Assembly: GCA_965242695.1 (NCBI GenBank)
Contig: CBDESU010000001.1
Coordinates: 1,248,001 to 1,312,000 of the forward strand
Source: Cenarchaeum sp.
Lineage (GTDB): Archaea > Thermoproteota > Nitrososphaeria > Nitrososphaerales > Nitrosopumilaceae
Direction: 5' to 3'
DNA length: 64,000 bases
Positions 40,236 through 49,051 of this stretch are shown piece after piece. Under the pieces are notes generated by a model. The model was not told the origin of the DNA and searched no databases. It saw nothing but the letters and a program-made list of their open reading frames with translations. Position 1 is the stretch's first letter; the number at the start of each line of letters is the position of its first letter. Made by a program: the position numbers and the translations under genes.

Positions 40236-40778
40236 TCAGCGCCCGAGAACAGGGCGGGCCGACTCCCAGTGCCTGTCCGAGATGTAGTGCATCGTGGCGA
40301 CGACCTGGCCGCGCTGCGACGACGATGCCTCGGCGCTCGACATTGTCGACACCCCCACCGCGATGTACTTGCCGCGCGACTCTTCGCGCACGCATACGAT
40401 GCGGCCGGACCCGAATTCGCCCATGCCCGTAATGCCTGGGCGCATTATGTTGGCGCCCTTGCAGACGAACCGGACGGCGCCCATGTCGACCGTGACGGCT
40501 GGGAACCTGGCGAGCAGCCCATCCTCCGAGAGGAAGGGCAGGTAGGGCGGCCTTTCCGGCGGCGGCTCCCGATCCGCCCTTTCGGAATCTCCGGCGCCGT
40601 CCCGCGCGGCGGGGCCGAGCCGGAGCGCCTTGAACCCGGCGCCGTCCACGAGCGATGCGCCGCCGCCGAGGTCGTACACCCGGAGGTTCTTGGTGCGGGG
40701 CAGATCCAGCCCCCACGCCCCCGACACGTCGGCGAGCAGGGAGGCAGACTCGCTCTTTGAGAGCAGGTGGGACTTCAT
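40236..40778 (-). CDS. PUA-domain RNA-binding protein
   Basis: MKSHLLSKSE...YLPFL...VTVDMGAVRFVCKGANIMRPGI...HYISD. Confidence 0.9.
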   Translation of the reverse strand: MKSHLLSKSESASLLADVSGAWGLDLPRTKNLRVYDLGGGASLVDGAGFKALRLGPAARDGAGDSERADREPPPERPPYLPFLSEDGLLARFPAVTVDMGAVRFVCKGANIMRPGITGMGEFGSGRIVCVREESRGKYIAVGVSTMSSAEASSSQRGQVVATMHYISDRHWESARPVLGR

Positions 40779-41830
40779 GGGTCCCTCGACATCTCCTTTC
40801 GTATGTCTATGAGGTCGCGGAGGATCGAGCTCGCCGTCTCGGTCCCGCCGGCGCCCTTGCCGATTATCGTCTGCGTGCCAGAGTGCTCGGACGTGAACGA
40901 GACGGCGTTGAGCGTCCCGTTGACGCACACGGGGTCGTCGAGGGCCACGTCGCGCGGCCCGACGGCCAGGTCGCGCCCGCTCTGCTCGCACGATGCGACC
41001 AGCTTTACGGCGCAGCTCTTGGCGGCGGCCCTCTTGGCGTCGCGCGCCGTCACCCTGCGTATGCCCGTGCGCGAGACGTCCGGCAGCGTGACCTTCATGC
41101 CCATGGCCCAGTTGGCGAGTATGACGAGCTTTGCGGCCGCATCGACGCCGTCCAGGTCGAGCGACTCGTCGGCCTCTACGTACCCGCGCCCGCGCGCGTC
41201 GCGCAGCGCCGCCGCGTACGACCTGCCGCCGGCGATGCTCGTCAGTATGTAGTTTGTCGTCCCGTTGAGTATGCCGGCAAACGACGTGATCCTCTCGCCG
41301 CGCAGCCCGTTGCGCGCATAGTCCAGGACTGGCGTGCCGCCGCCGACGGTCCCGCTGAACCGCAGCAGCACGCGGTTGTACGCGGCAAGCTCGGTCAGGG
41401 ACGGCAGCGCCAGGGCCAGCGGCCCCTTGTTGACCGAGACGACGTGCATGCCGCGCCGCATCGCCGATATGATGTGCGACATGCCCGGCTCGGCGTCGGC
41501 ATAGTTGCTCGACGTCGTCTCGACGAGCACGTCCGCATCCACCTCGTCTATCATGCTCGGGCCGCGCGCGGCATCGGGGGCGGGCCGCGCGGCGGCACTG
41601 CCGCCTCCGCCGCCGCCGCCGTACCCGCCGACCGTGCCGCGCCGCGCCTTGGCCGCAACGAGCCGCTCCAGGTCCAGGCCCGAGGGATCGGATGCGGCGC
41701 CGCGGCTGTCGAACGCGCCGACGACGCGCGGCTTCAGGCCGTACCGCGCGTACAGGTCGTCGGACCTGGACTCGAACAGCTTTGCAAGGCTCCTGCCGAC
41801 CACGCCGAACCCGCAGAGTATGATCCTCAC
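40775..41830 (-). CDS. hom: Homoserine dehydrogenase
   Basis: GFGVVG Rossmann motif; HVVSVNKGP; TVGGGTP; GILNGTTNYIL; GYVEADESLDLDGVDAAAK; GKGAGGTETAS. Confidence 0.95.
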   Translation of the reverse strand: MRIILCGFGVVGRSLAKLFESRSDDLYARYGLKPRVVGAFDSRGAASDPSGLDLERLVAAKARRGTVGGYGGGGGGGSAAARPAPDAARGPSMIDEVDADVLVETTSSNYADAEPGMSHIISAMRRGMHVVSVNKGPLALALPSLTELAAYNRVLLRFSGTVGGGTPVLDYARNGLRGERITSFAGILNGTTNYILTSIAGGRSYAAALRDARGRGYVEADESLDLDGVDAAAKLVILANWAMGMKVTLPDVSRTGIRRVTARDAKRAAAKSCAVKLVASCEQSGRDLAVGPRDVALDDPVCVNGTLNAVSFTSEHSGTQTIIGKGAGGTETASSILRDLIDIRKEMSRDP

Positions 41831-42093
41831 GGCGGGCGCCGGGCGGCGGCGCTATTTAATCAAGGTGGGGGGCGGTGCGAAGAGCCGCATCGCAGTGGCT
41901 TTGTACCCGGCGCAGGCGAGTCGGCCCGGCGGGAGGGCGGCTGCGCCGTGCCAGGGATCCGATCCGGCTCGTCGCGGCAGGCGGGCGGCGGCCGCCTGTG
42001 CATCGGGCCGCAGGGCAGCGCTCCATGCCCCGCCTTGAACCGTCGCATCAGGGGGGCAAAAGCTATAAACGGCGCCGCCGCGCCCGCATTGCG

Positions 42094-43488
42094 TTGGCGC
42101 AGGAGGCCGAGCAGGAGCGCAGGGCGGCGCCTCGAGACGGGGCCAGGGCGGCCCTGCAAGAGCGGGAGCAGGAGGCAGAGGCCGCGCCCTGGCAGATCGA
42201 CCCCGAGCTGATCGACGACTACACGTCTGTCCCCCCCGTGGCGACCATCCACAGCATACTGTTCGAGCTCGACCCGAGGTACGACACGTGGGGCATACAC
42301 AGGGGCATCAAGCACGGCGGGTACCGCATGGCCCTAGAGGAGATCTCGAAGGATCCGCCCCCGCGCGATGCATACGGAATGCGCGCCGAGTGCAACCGCT
42401 CGCGCATGCTCGAGCGCCTCGGCAGGTACGGGGAGTCCGAGGAGACGTACCGCGAGCTGGACCGCAAGGATCCTGGCCGCAGCAACGCCGACCTGGACAT
42501 GGCAAGGGTGCTCGAGCATCTCGGCCGCAGCGACGAGTCGGCGGCGGCGCTGTCCCGCGCAGGCAGGCTCGATCCCCGTTCCCGCAGGGCGTTCGAGGCC
42601 GGCATGCGGCCGGACCCGCGCCAGCTGGATCCCGCCGCCGTCCCCCTCCGCCTGATCATCCCAATGTCCGTAATCGCGGCGGCCGGAACCGTTCGCTCGC
42701 GGGCCGAGCTCTCCGCCATGTCGCGCCTAGTGCAGGCCGAGTGCGGGCTGGACATGTACCCCCCGTCGGCATCGCGCCTGCCCGGCTGCGCGGGGCTCGG
42801 CGCCGACATGGAAAGGTTTTATCACCTTGTCGTCGAGGACGTCCTCCTGTCGTGCGGCGGATCTGGCGAGCAGCCGTACTACTACGATCTTACAGACACG
42901 GGAATCGAGATGATCGGCAGGCTCGGCGAGCGGCTCGGCGGGGACGGGGATGCCGCATCCCGCATCGGCGCATCGGCGCGGCGCGTGGCCGGCATCGGCG
43001 CGCATGCCGCCCTTGAAGAGGCCTGCCGCGGCGCGGGGGAGGCGGAGCAGCAGGCGGACTCTGGCCGCGCCGAGGCGCTGGCGGATATTCGCGGGACGGC
43101 GGACCGCATAAGGCGCGAGATCGGGAACGACATTGCGTTTGGCGAGGCGCATGCTGTCACGCTTGGGGCCAAGGCCAAGCGCGTGCCCGACATGCTCTCG
43201 CAGGCATGCGATGCGCCCGACGCGCAGTGGGCCGTCGCCGCTGCCCTAGGAAGGGACATACTCGGCCTGTGCGCATGCGTCGCGTTCGACCAGAGGCCGC
43301 ACCCGAGGACGGCATCGCTGGGACCCCCGTACCCCGATATCCAGGACCTCTACGCGCTGCTCGTCAGGTACTGCGTGGACAGGGGCATGGCGGAGCCCAG
43401 GGCAGAGGTGCCTGCCATTAGGAAGCTTGCGCCCGATGAGATCGAGGAGACGGCCCGGGACATGCTCAGGGTGATATCCGAGTCTTGA
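42094..43488 (+). CDS. TPR-containing protein with a wHTH/SocA-like central region (start uncertain)
   Basis: NRSRMLERLGRYGESEETYREL and DMARVLEHLGRSDESAAALSRA (TPR); YYYDLTDTG; overlaps the downstream PIN gene. Confidence 0.62.
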   Translation: MAQEAEQERRAAPRDGARAALQEREQEAEAAPWQIDPELIDDYTSVPPVATIHSILFELDPRYDTWGIHRGIKHGGYRMALEEISKDPPPRDAYGMRAECNRSRMLERLGRYGESEETYRELDRKDPGRSNADLDMARVLEHLGRSDESAAALSRAGRLDPRSRRAFEAGMRPDPRQLDPAAVPLRLIIPMSVIAAAGTVRSRAELSAMSRLVQAECGLDMYPPSASRLPGCAGLGADMERFYHLVVEDVLLSCGGSGEQPYYYDLTDTGIEMIGRLGERLGGDGDAASRIGASARRVAGIGAHAALEEACRGAGEAEQQADSGRAEALADIRGTADRIRREIGNDIAFGEAHAVTLGAKAKRVPDMLSQACDAPDAQWAVAAALGRDILGLCACVAFDQRPHPRTASLGPPYPDIQDLYALLVRYCVDRGMAEPRAEVPAIRKLAPDEIEETARDMLRVISES

Positions 43489-44093
43489 TCGTGCCAGATA
43501 CGAACGCCCTGTACGCGTACTACATGGGCTTTTCGGCAAGGCGTCGGGACGGGCGGCTCGTCCCGGTGCGGCGCCGCAACAGGGATGCGGTCGTCGCCGA
43601 GGTCGACGGGGCGATAGAGGCAGGAAGTCTCAAGATTCCCGGCATGGCCGCAGTCGAGATGCTTAACGGCCTGGAAAAAACGTTCAGGTCGGCGGCCAAG
43701 TCGGCCGGTGCCGCGGCCGAACCCGACGACGGCATCATAGAAGGCGTGCGGGAAAGATTCAGCCTCCTGTACGATCGCTTCGGAGTTCCCGACTACAGAT
43801 GGTACTTGGAGAAGGTCGACCGCATGTACGCCGACATATGGAGCGACCCGCGGCTGGCCCATCTGGTGGCCCGGTGGCGGCGCATCAAGGAGAGGCGCGG
43901 AAAGGCTGCAGGGCGGCCCTCGCTAGAGACGCACCAGGCGGACTTCTTGATACTGTCGACGGCCGCCGCCCTGGCCGCGCAGGGTCACTCGGTCAGGCTG
44001 CCCACGAACGGCCACGACTTTGTGGCGTTCGCAGGTGTAATCCTCGAGCGGTTCGGCGTCGTCGTAGTCGAATGCGGCAGCCTGCGCCGGTGA
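43485..44093 (+). CDS. PIN-domain protein
   Basis: MIVPDTNAL; E in MAAVEM; ADFLILSTAAAL; LPTNGHDF. Confidence 0.72.
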   Translation: MIVPDTNALYAYYMGFSARRRDGRLVPVRRRNRDAVVAEVDGAIEAGSLKIPGMAAVEMLNGLEKTFRSAAKSAGAAAEPDDGIIEGVRERFSLLYDRFGVPDYRWYLEKVDRMYADIWSDPRLAHLVARWRRIKERRGKAAGRPSLETHQADFLILSTAAALAAQGHSVRLPTNGHDFVAFAGVILERFGVVVVECGSLRR

Positions 44094-44315
44094 TCCCAGA
44101 GGCGGCGGGGGAGGGACCGCGTCGACAGGGGTGGAGGCAGCCCGCCGGCGCCGGGAGATATCCGCGCCGGGCGCAGGGCATCGCGCTGCGCCAGGGCCCG
44201 CCCGGGCGCGGCCGCCGGGCGCCTGGCGCCCTTCCCGCCGCGGCGGGCCCTGCGCGGCCGCGGCGGGGCGGGCGCGCGCGCAAGGGGTTTTATGGGCGCC
44301 CGTCCACGGCCGGCC

Positions 44316-45632
44316 GTGATCGGCACCGAGCTCGGCGCGACGAGGCGAACGCACTACTCGTCCGAGATAGCGGCGGGCCTAGACGGGACGGATGCGACCG
44401 TAATGGGGTGGGTGTCGGCGGTGCGCGGGCACGGCGCCATCTCGTTCATGACGGTGCGCGACAGGGACGGAGAGGTGCAGGTCGTGGCAAAGGCCGGATC
44501 GTGCCCCGACGACATACGCGAGAGGATCGCCGGCATCAAGGTGCACTCGTCGGTCGGCGTAAGGGGCACGGTAAGGGCGTCCCCAAAGTCGCCGTCGGGA
44601 GCCGAGATCGTCCCGTCCGCGCTCTACGTGTACTCGGACGCGCAGAGGATCGCGCCGTTCGAGCCGCAGGCAAGGACGGTCAAGAACATCGACACGCGCC
44701 TCGAGGCGAGGCCCATCGACCTGCGGCGCGATGCCCTCTGGCACCTGTTCAGGGCGAGGGATGCGGCGCTGGCCGCGGTGCGGTCCCTCCTCCGCGCCGA
44801 GGGGTTCACCGAGGTGAGCACGCCCAAGATCATCGCGACGGCGACCGAGGGCGGCGCCGCGCTGTTCCCCGTGTTCTACTACGACAGGAGCGCGTTCCTC
44901 GCGCAGAGCCCGCAGCTGTACAAGGAGCAGCTCACGATGAGCTTTGAAAAGGTCTTCGAGATAGCCCCCATATTCAGGGCCGAGGCGTCCAGGACGAGCC
45001 GGCACCTGTCCGAGGCCGTGTCGATCGACATCGAGGAGGCGTTCGTCGACTACGGCGAGGCCATGGGCGCGGCGGGCCGCATCGTCGGCGCCGCGGCCGC
45101 GGCCGTCTCCGAGTACGCGGCCAAGAATGCCGGCTGCGGGATCGAGGTGCCGGACGTGCCCCGCGAGATACCGCGGTACACGTACGCGGACATGGTCGAG
45201 AGGCTGCGCTCGGCCGGCGCGTTCGCAAGGTGGGGCGAGGACCTGCACCCGCAGTCGCTGAAAAAGGCCGGCCCCGAGGGGTTCTACTTTGTGACCGACT
45301 GGCCGGCCGGCCCAAAGCCGTTCTACGTAAAGGCATCCCGCGACGCGCAGGGCAGGGACGTGTCCGAGTCGTTCGACCTCATGTTCGGCGACCTCGAGGT
45401 GTCGTCGGGCAGCACGAGGATTGCGGCGCGCGCCGAGCTCGAGGAGCGCATGCGCGCAAAGGGGATGAACGTCGGCGACTTTGGCCACCACCTGGCCGCG
45501 TTCGACTACGGCATGCCGCCGCACGCAGGCTGCGGGATCGGGCTCGAGAGGCTGATGATGGCCCTTACCGGCGCGCAGAACATACGCGACCTGTCGTTCT
45601 ACCCGCGCGATGCCGACAGGCTCACGCCGTGA
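44316..45632 (+). CDS. aspS: Aspartate-tRNA(Asp/Asn) ligase, archaeal type
   Basis: RTHYS...GWV OB fold; TEGGAALF; LAQSPQLYKEQL; FRAE...RHLSE; YGMPPHAGCGIGLERL; adjacent to gatCAB. Confidence 0.96.
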   Translation: MIGTELGATRRTHYSSEIAAGLDGTDATVMGWVSAVRGHGAISFMTVRDRDGEVQVVAKAGSCPDDIRERIAGIKVHSSVGVRGTVRASPKSPSGAEIVPSALYVYSDAQRIAPFEPQARTVKNIDTRLEARPIDLRRDALWHLFRARDAALAAVRSLLRAEGFTEVSTPKIIATATEGGAALFPVFYYDRSAFLAQSPQLYKEQLTMSFEKVFEIAPIFRAEASRTSRHLSEAVSIDIEEAFVDYGEAMGAAGRIVGAAAAAVSEYAAKNAGCGIEVPDVPREIPRYTYADMVERLRSAGAFARWGEDLHPQSLKKAGPEGFYFVTDWPAGPKPFYVKASRDAQGRDVSESFDLMFGDLEVSSGSTRIAARAELEERMRAKGMNVGDFGHHLAAFDYGMPPHAGCGIGLERLMMALTGAQNIRDLSFYPRDADRLTP

Positions 45633-45642
45633 GGGGCGGAGC

Positions 45643-46026
45643 ATGAGCGCCGGCGGAAAAGAGGGGGCCGCGGGGCGCGCGGCGGCCGGCCAGGCCGCCG
45701 ACGTCGGCGAGGACGAGATAAGGCGCGTCGCATCCCTCATGAGGATCGACATCGGGGAAGATGGCGGGGAAGAGGCGCGCTCCCACATAGAAAAGGTGCG
45801 CACGATGATCGGCTACTTTGACATGCTCGACAGGGCCGGCGGCGCGGAGGCGGCAGGGGCCGGGGCGGCCGGCGCGGGGCTGGCAGGCGCCGTGCAGCTA
45901 GGCGACCTGCGCGAGGACGAGCCCGAGGACGGGGGCGCAGGGGCCGGGGCGGCCGATGCGGGGCGCTACGCCAGGGTGCAGACGGAGGGCGGGACGTACG
46001 TGCGTGCGCCCGCGATGTCGCCGTGA
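45643..46026 (+). CDS. gatC: Asp/Glu-tRNA amidotransferase subunit C
   Basis: EDEIRRVASLMRIDI...IGYFDMLD...LREDE...YVRAP. Confidence 0.85.
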   Translation: MSAGGKEGAAGRAAAGQAADVGEDEIRRVASLMRIDIGEDGGEEARSHIEKVRTMIGYFDMLDRAGGAEAAGAGAAGAGLAGAVQLGDLREDEPEDGGAGAGAADAGRYARVQTEGGTYVRAPAMSP

Positions 46027-47534
46027 CCGGCCAGGGCGGCGGCGCGCCTGCAGCGCCCGTCCTGCCGACCATACGGCGGTACCTCGAGGACGTCGGGACG
46101 GGTTCGGTCACGTGCGAGGAGTACATGTGCAGGATACGCGAGAGGATCGAGCGCCACGAGGGCGCGCTGCACGCGTACATTGCGGTCAACGGGGATGCGG
46201 TCGAGCAGGCGCGCGGCGTCGACAGGCGCGCAAGGGAGGGCGGCGCGGGGGCGGCCGGGCCGCTCCTCGGCCTGCCCGTGGCCGTAAAGGACAACATCTG
46301 CGTCTCGTCGATGCCGACGACGTGCGCGTCGAGGATGCTCGAGGGGTACGTGCCGCCGTACGACGCTACGGCCGCGGCGCGCCTGCTCGGCGCCGGCGCG
46401 ATCATAGCCGGCAAGACCAACATGGACGAGTTCGCCATGGGGCTGACGACCGAGTTCAGCGCGTTCGGGCCGAGCCGCAACCCGTGGGACACGGGGTACG
46501 CGCCAGGCGGGTCGTCGGGCGGCAGCGCCGTGGCCGTGAGCGCATGCGAGTGCATGGCCGCCCTCGGGTCGGACACGGGCGGGTCGGTGAGGAACCCGGC
46601 GAGCTTTTGCGGCATAGTCGGCCACAAGCCGACGTACGGCCTGGTCAGCAGGTACGGGCTCGTCTCGTACTCGAACAGCATCGAGCAGATCGGGCCCATG
46701 GGCCGCACCGTCGAGGATGCTGCGATCATCCTCGGCATCATAGCCGGCCGCGACCCGCGGGACGACACGACGATCGGGGCGGCCGGCAGGGGGGGCGATC
46801 CCTGGGCGTACGCGGGCGGCCTCGGCGGCGGCATAGAGGGCGTGCGGGTCGGCGTCGTCTCCGAGATGGTCGACGGCGGGGCGGCCGAGCCGGACGTTGC
46901 GGCGGCCGTGCGCCGCGCCGCATCGGCCGCCGAGCGGGCCGGCGCCACATGCGGGGACGCCTCGCTCGGCATGGCCGAGTTTGCCGTGGCCGCCTACTAT
47001 ACGATAACGTCGGCCGAGGCAGGCAGCAACCTTGCAAGGTACGACGGCATAAGGTACGGCGCGGGCGGGGGCGACCCGGACGCGTACGAGTTCAACGCGT
47101 ACGTCAGGCGCGCCCGCTCGCTGCTCGGCCCCGAGGTGAAGCGGCGCATGATCCTCGGCGGGTTCGTCCCGTCTGCGGGGCACGCCGGCAGGTACTACCT
47201 CAAGGCCGTCGGGATCAGGGAGCGCCTCACTAGGCAGGTCGACGAGGCGCTCTCGCGCTTCGACGTCCTGCTCGCCCCGACGGTGCCCGTCCCCCCGTTC
47301 AGGCTCGGCGAGGTGATCGACGATCCCGTCCGCATGTTCGCCGTCGACTATGCGACCGTCCTTGCAAACCTCACGGGCAAGCCGGCCGTGTCGGTGCCGT
47401 TCGGCAGGGCCGGCCCGAGTGCGATGCCCGTCGGCGTGCAGGTCATAGGCGGCGCGATGCGCGACGAGCTCGTGCTGCGCGTGGCCGCCGCCCTAGAGGC
47501 CGCGGCGGGCCCCGTGGAGGCGCCGGCGCTATGA
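46023..47534 (+). CDS. gatA: Asp/Glu-tRNA amidotransferase subunit A
   Basis: VAVKDNI; GKTNMDEFAMG; GGSSGGSA; GSDTGGSVRNPA; SNLARYDG; GPEVKRR. Confidence 0.97.
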   Translation: MTGQGGGAPAAPVLPTIRRYLEDVGTGSVTCEEYMCRIRERIERHEGALHAYIAVNGDAVEQARGVDRRAREGGAGAAGPLLGLPVAVKDNICVSSMPTTCASRMLEGYVPPYDATAAARLLGAGAIIAGKTNMDEFAMGLTTEFSAFGPSRNPWDTGYAPGGSSGGSAVAVSACECMAALGSDTGGSVRNPASFCGIVGHKPTYGLVSRYGLVSYSNSIEQIGPMGRTVEDAAIILGIIAGRDPRDDTTIGAAGRGGDPWAYAGGLGGGIEGVRVGVVSEMVDGGAAEPDVAAAVRRAASAAERAGATCGDASLGMAEFAVAAYYTITSAEAGSNLARYDGIRYGAGGGDPDAYEFNAYVRRARSLLGPEVKRRMILGGFVPSAGHAGRYYLKAVGIRERLTRQVDEALSRFDVLLAPTVPVPPFRLGEVIDDPVRMFAVDYATVLANLTGKPAVSVPFGRAGPSAMPVGVQVIGGAMRDELVLRVAAALEAAAGPVEAPAL

Positions 47535-49048
47535 GCGGGAGCCCGGCGGCAGGCGCCGCATCCGATGCCCCGGCGCGGATCGGCCTAGAGGTGCACTGCC
47601 AGCTCACGAGCCTTGCGACAAAGCTGTTCTGCCCGTGCCCGTCGGCGTACCGCGGAAGGGAGCCGAATACGAACGTGTGCCCCGTGTGCATGGGGCTGCC
47701 CGGCACGCTGCCGCGCCTGAACCGGCGCGCCGTCGAAAAGGCCGCGATGGTCGCATCCTCGCTCGGCTGCGCGGCGCCCGAGCGCATCGCGTTCTTCCGC
47801 AAGAACTACTTCTATCCCGACCTGCCAAAGAACTTCCAGATCACGCAGCTCGACGCGTACGGGCCGAGCAGCATAGGCGGCGCGGGCGGAAGCGTCGACA
47901 TTGGCGGCGGGGCCGCGGTGCGCGTGCGCCGCGTCCAGCTCGAGGAGGACCCGGGGAGGATCGCGTACGGCGGGGGCGGGAGGGGATCTGGGCCGCGCCC
48001 GACCCTCGTCGACTACAACAGGGCCGGCACCGCCCTCGTCGAGATCGTGACCGAGCCGGACATGGACAGCCCGCGCCAGGCAAGGCGGTTCCTCAACGTC
48101 CTCTCCGACGCGGTCGCAAACCTCGGGGCGGCCGACCCGTCCCTCGAGGGGGCTATGAGGGCAGACGGCAACGTCTCGGTCGGCGGCGGGCCGAGGGTCG
48201 AGGTCAAGAACGTCGGATCGTTCCACGACCTTGAAAAGGCCCTGCACTTTGAGATTGCAAGGCAGCGCAGCCTTGCGGGCCGCGGCATCGCGATCGGGCA
48301 GGAGACGCGGCACTGGGACCAGGGCCGGCGCGTCACCGTTCCTGCAAGGAAAAAAGAGGCCGACATGGACTACCGCTACCTCTTGGAGGCGGACATACCC
48401 CCCGTTGCGATGGGCGCCGAGGCGGCGGCGGGGCTCGCCGGCGGCATGCCCGAGGGGATCGCCGCGCGCCGCGCGCGGTACGCGTCCGGGATCGGGCTGC
48501 CCGCCCAGGTCGCCGACGTCCTCTCCGCGGACAGGTTCTACTCGGACCTGTTCGACGGCGCGCGCGCCCTGCCCGGCGGCGGCGGGGCGGCGGCCGCCCG
48601 GGAGATCGCCAACATGGTGACGACCGACCTGATGGGGATTGCCGACACGCGCGAAAAGCGCGATGCGCTGAAGGTGACCGCGGTGCACCTTGCCGACCTG
48701 GCAGGCGCCGTCGTGTCCGGCTCGATAACGAGGGCGTCGGCCCGGGACGCGCTGCACGAGGCCGCGCGCACGGGCAGGCCGGCCGCCGAGATCATAGAGG
48801 AGAGGGGGCTGAAGGCCGTTGGGGCGGGGGCGGGGGGCGGCGGAGGTGGCGAGCTTGCAGGGGTCGTTCGGGACGTGCTTGCGGCCGAAAAAAAGGCCGC
48901 CGAGCAGGCCCGCTCCGACCCAAAGGCCGTAAACTACCTGGTCGGCAAGGTCATGGCGGCCACGTCCGGCAGGGCCCACCCGCAGCAGACCCTGCGGCTG
49001 ATCAGGGAGGGCCTCGATGCCATGGGCGGCGCAGGCGGGGAAGGCTAG
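47531..49048 (+). CDS. gatB: Asp/Glu-tRNA amidotransferase subunit B
   Basis: IGLEVHCQL; RKNYFYPDLPKNFQITQ; DYNRAG; EIVTEPD; RVEVKN; DYRY. Confidence 0.97.
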   Translation: MSGSPAAGAASDAPARIGLEVHCQLTSLATKLFCPCPSAYRGREPNTNVCPVCMGLPGTLPRLNRRAVEKAAMVASSLGCAAPERIAFFRKNYFYPDLPKNFQITQLDAYGPSSIGGAGGSVDIGGGAAVRVRRVQLEEDPGRIAYGGGGRGSGPRPTLVDYNRAGTALVEIVTEPDMDSPRQARRFLNVLSDAVANLGAADPSLEGAMRADGNVSVGGGPRVEVKNVGSFHDLEKALHFEIARQRSLAGRGIAIGQETRHWDQGRRVTVPARKKEADMDYRYLLEADIPPVAMGAEAAAGLAGGMPEGIAARRARYASGIGLPAQVADVLSADRFYSDLFDGARALPGGGGAAAAREIANMVTTDLMGIADTREKRDALKVTAVHLADLAGAVVSGSITRASARDALHEAARTGRPAAEIIEERGLKAVGAGAGGGGGGELAGVVRDVLAAEKKAAEQARSDPKAVNYLVGKVMAATSGRAHPQQTLRLIREGLDAMGGAGGEG

Positions 49049-49051
49049 CGC

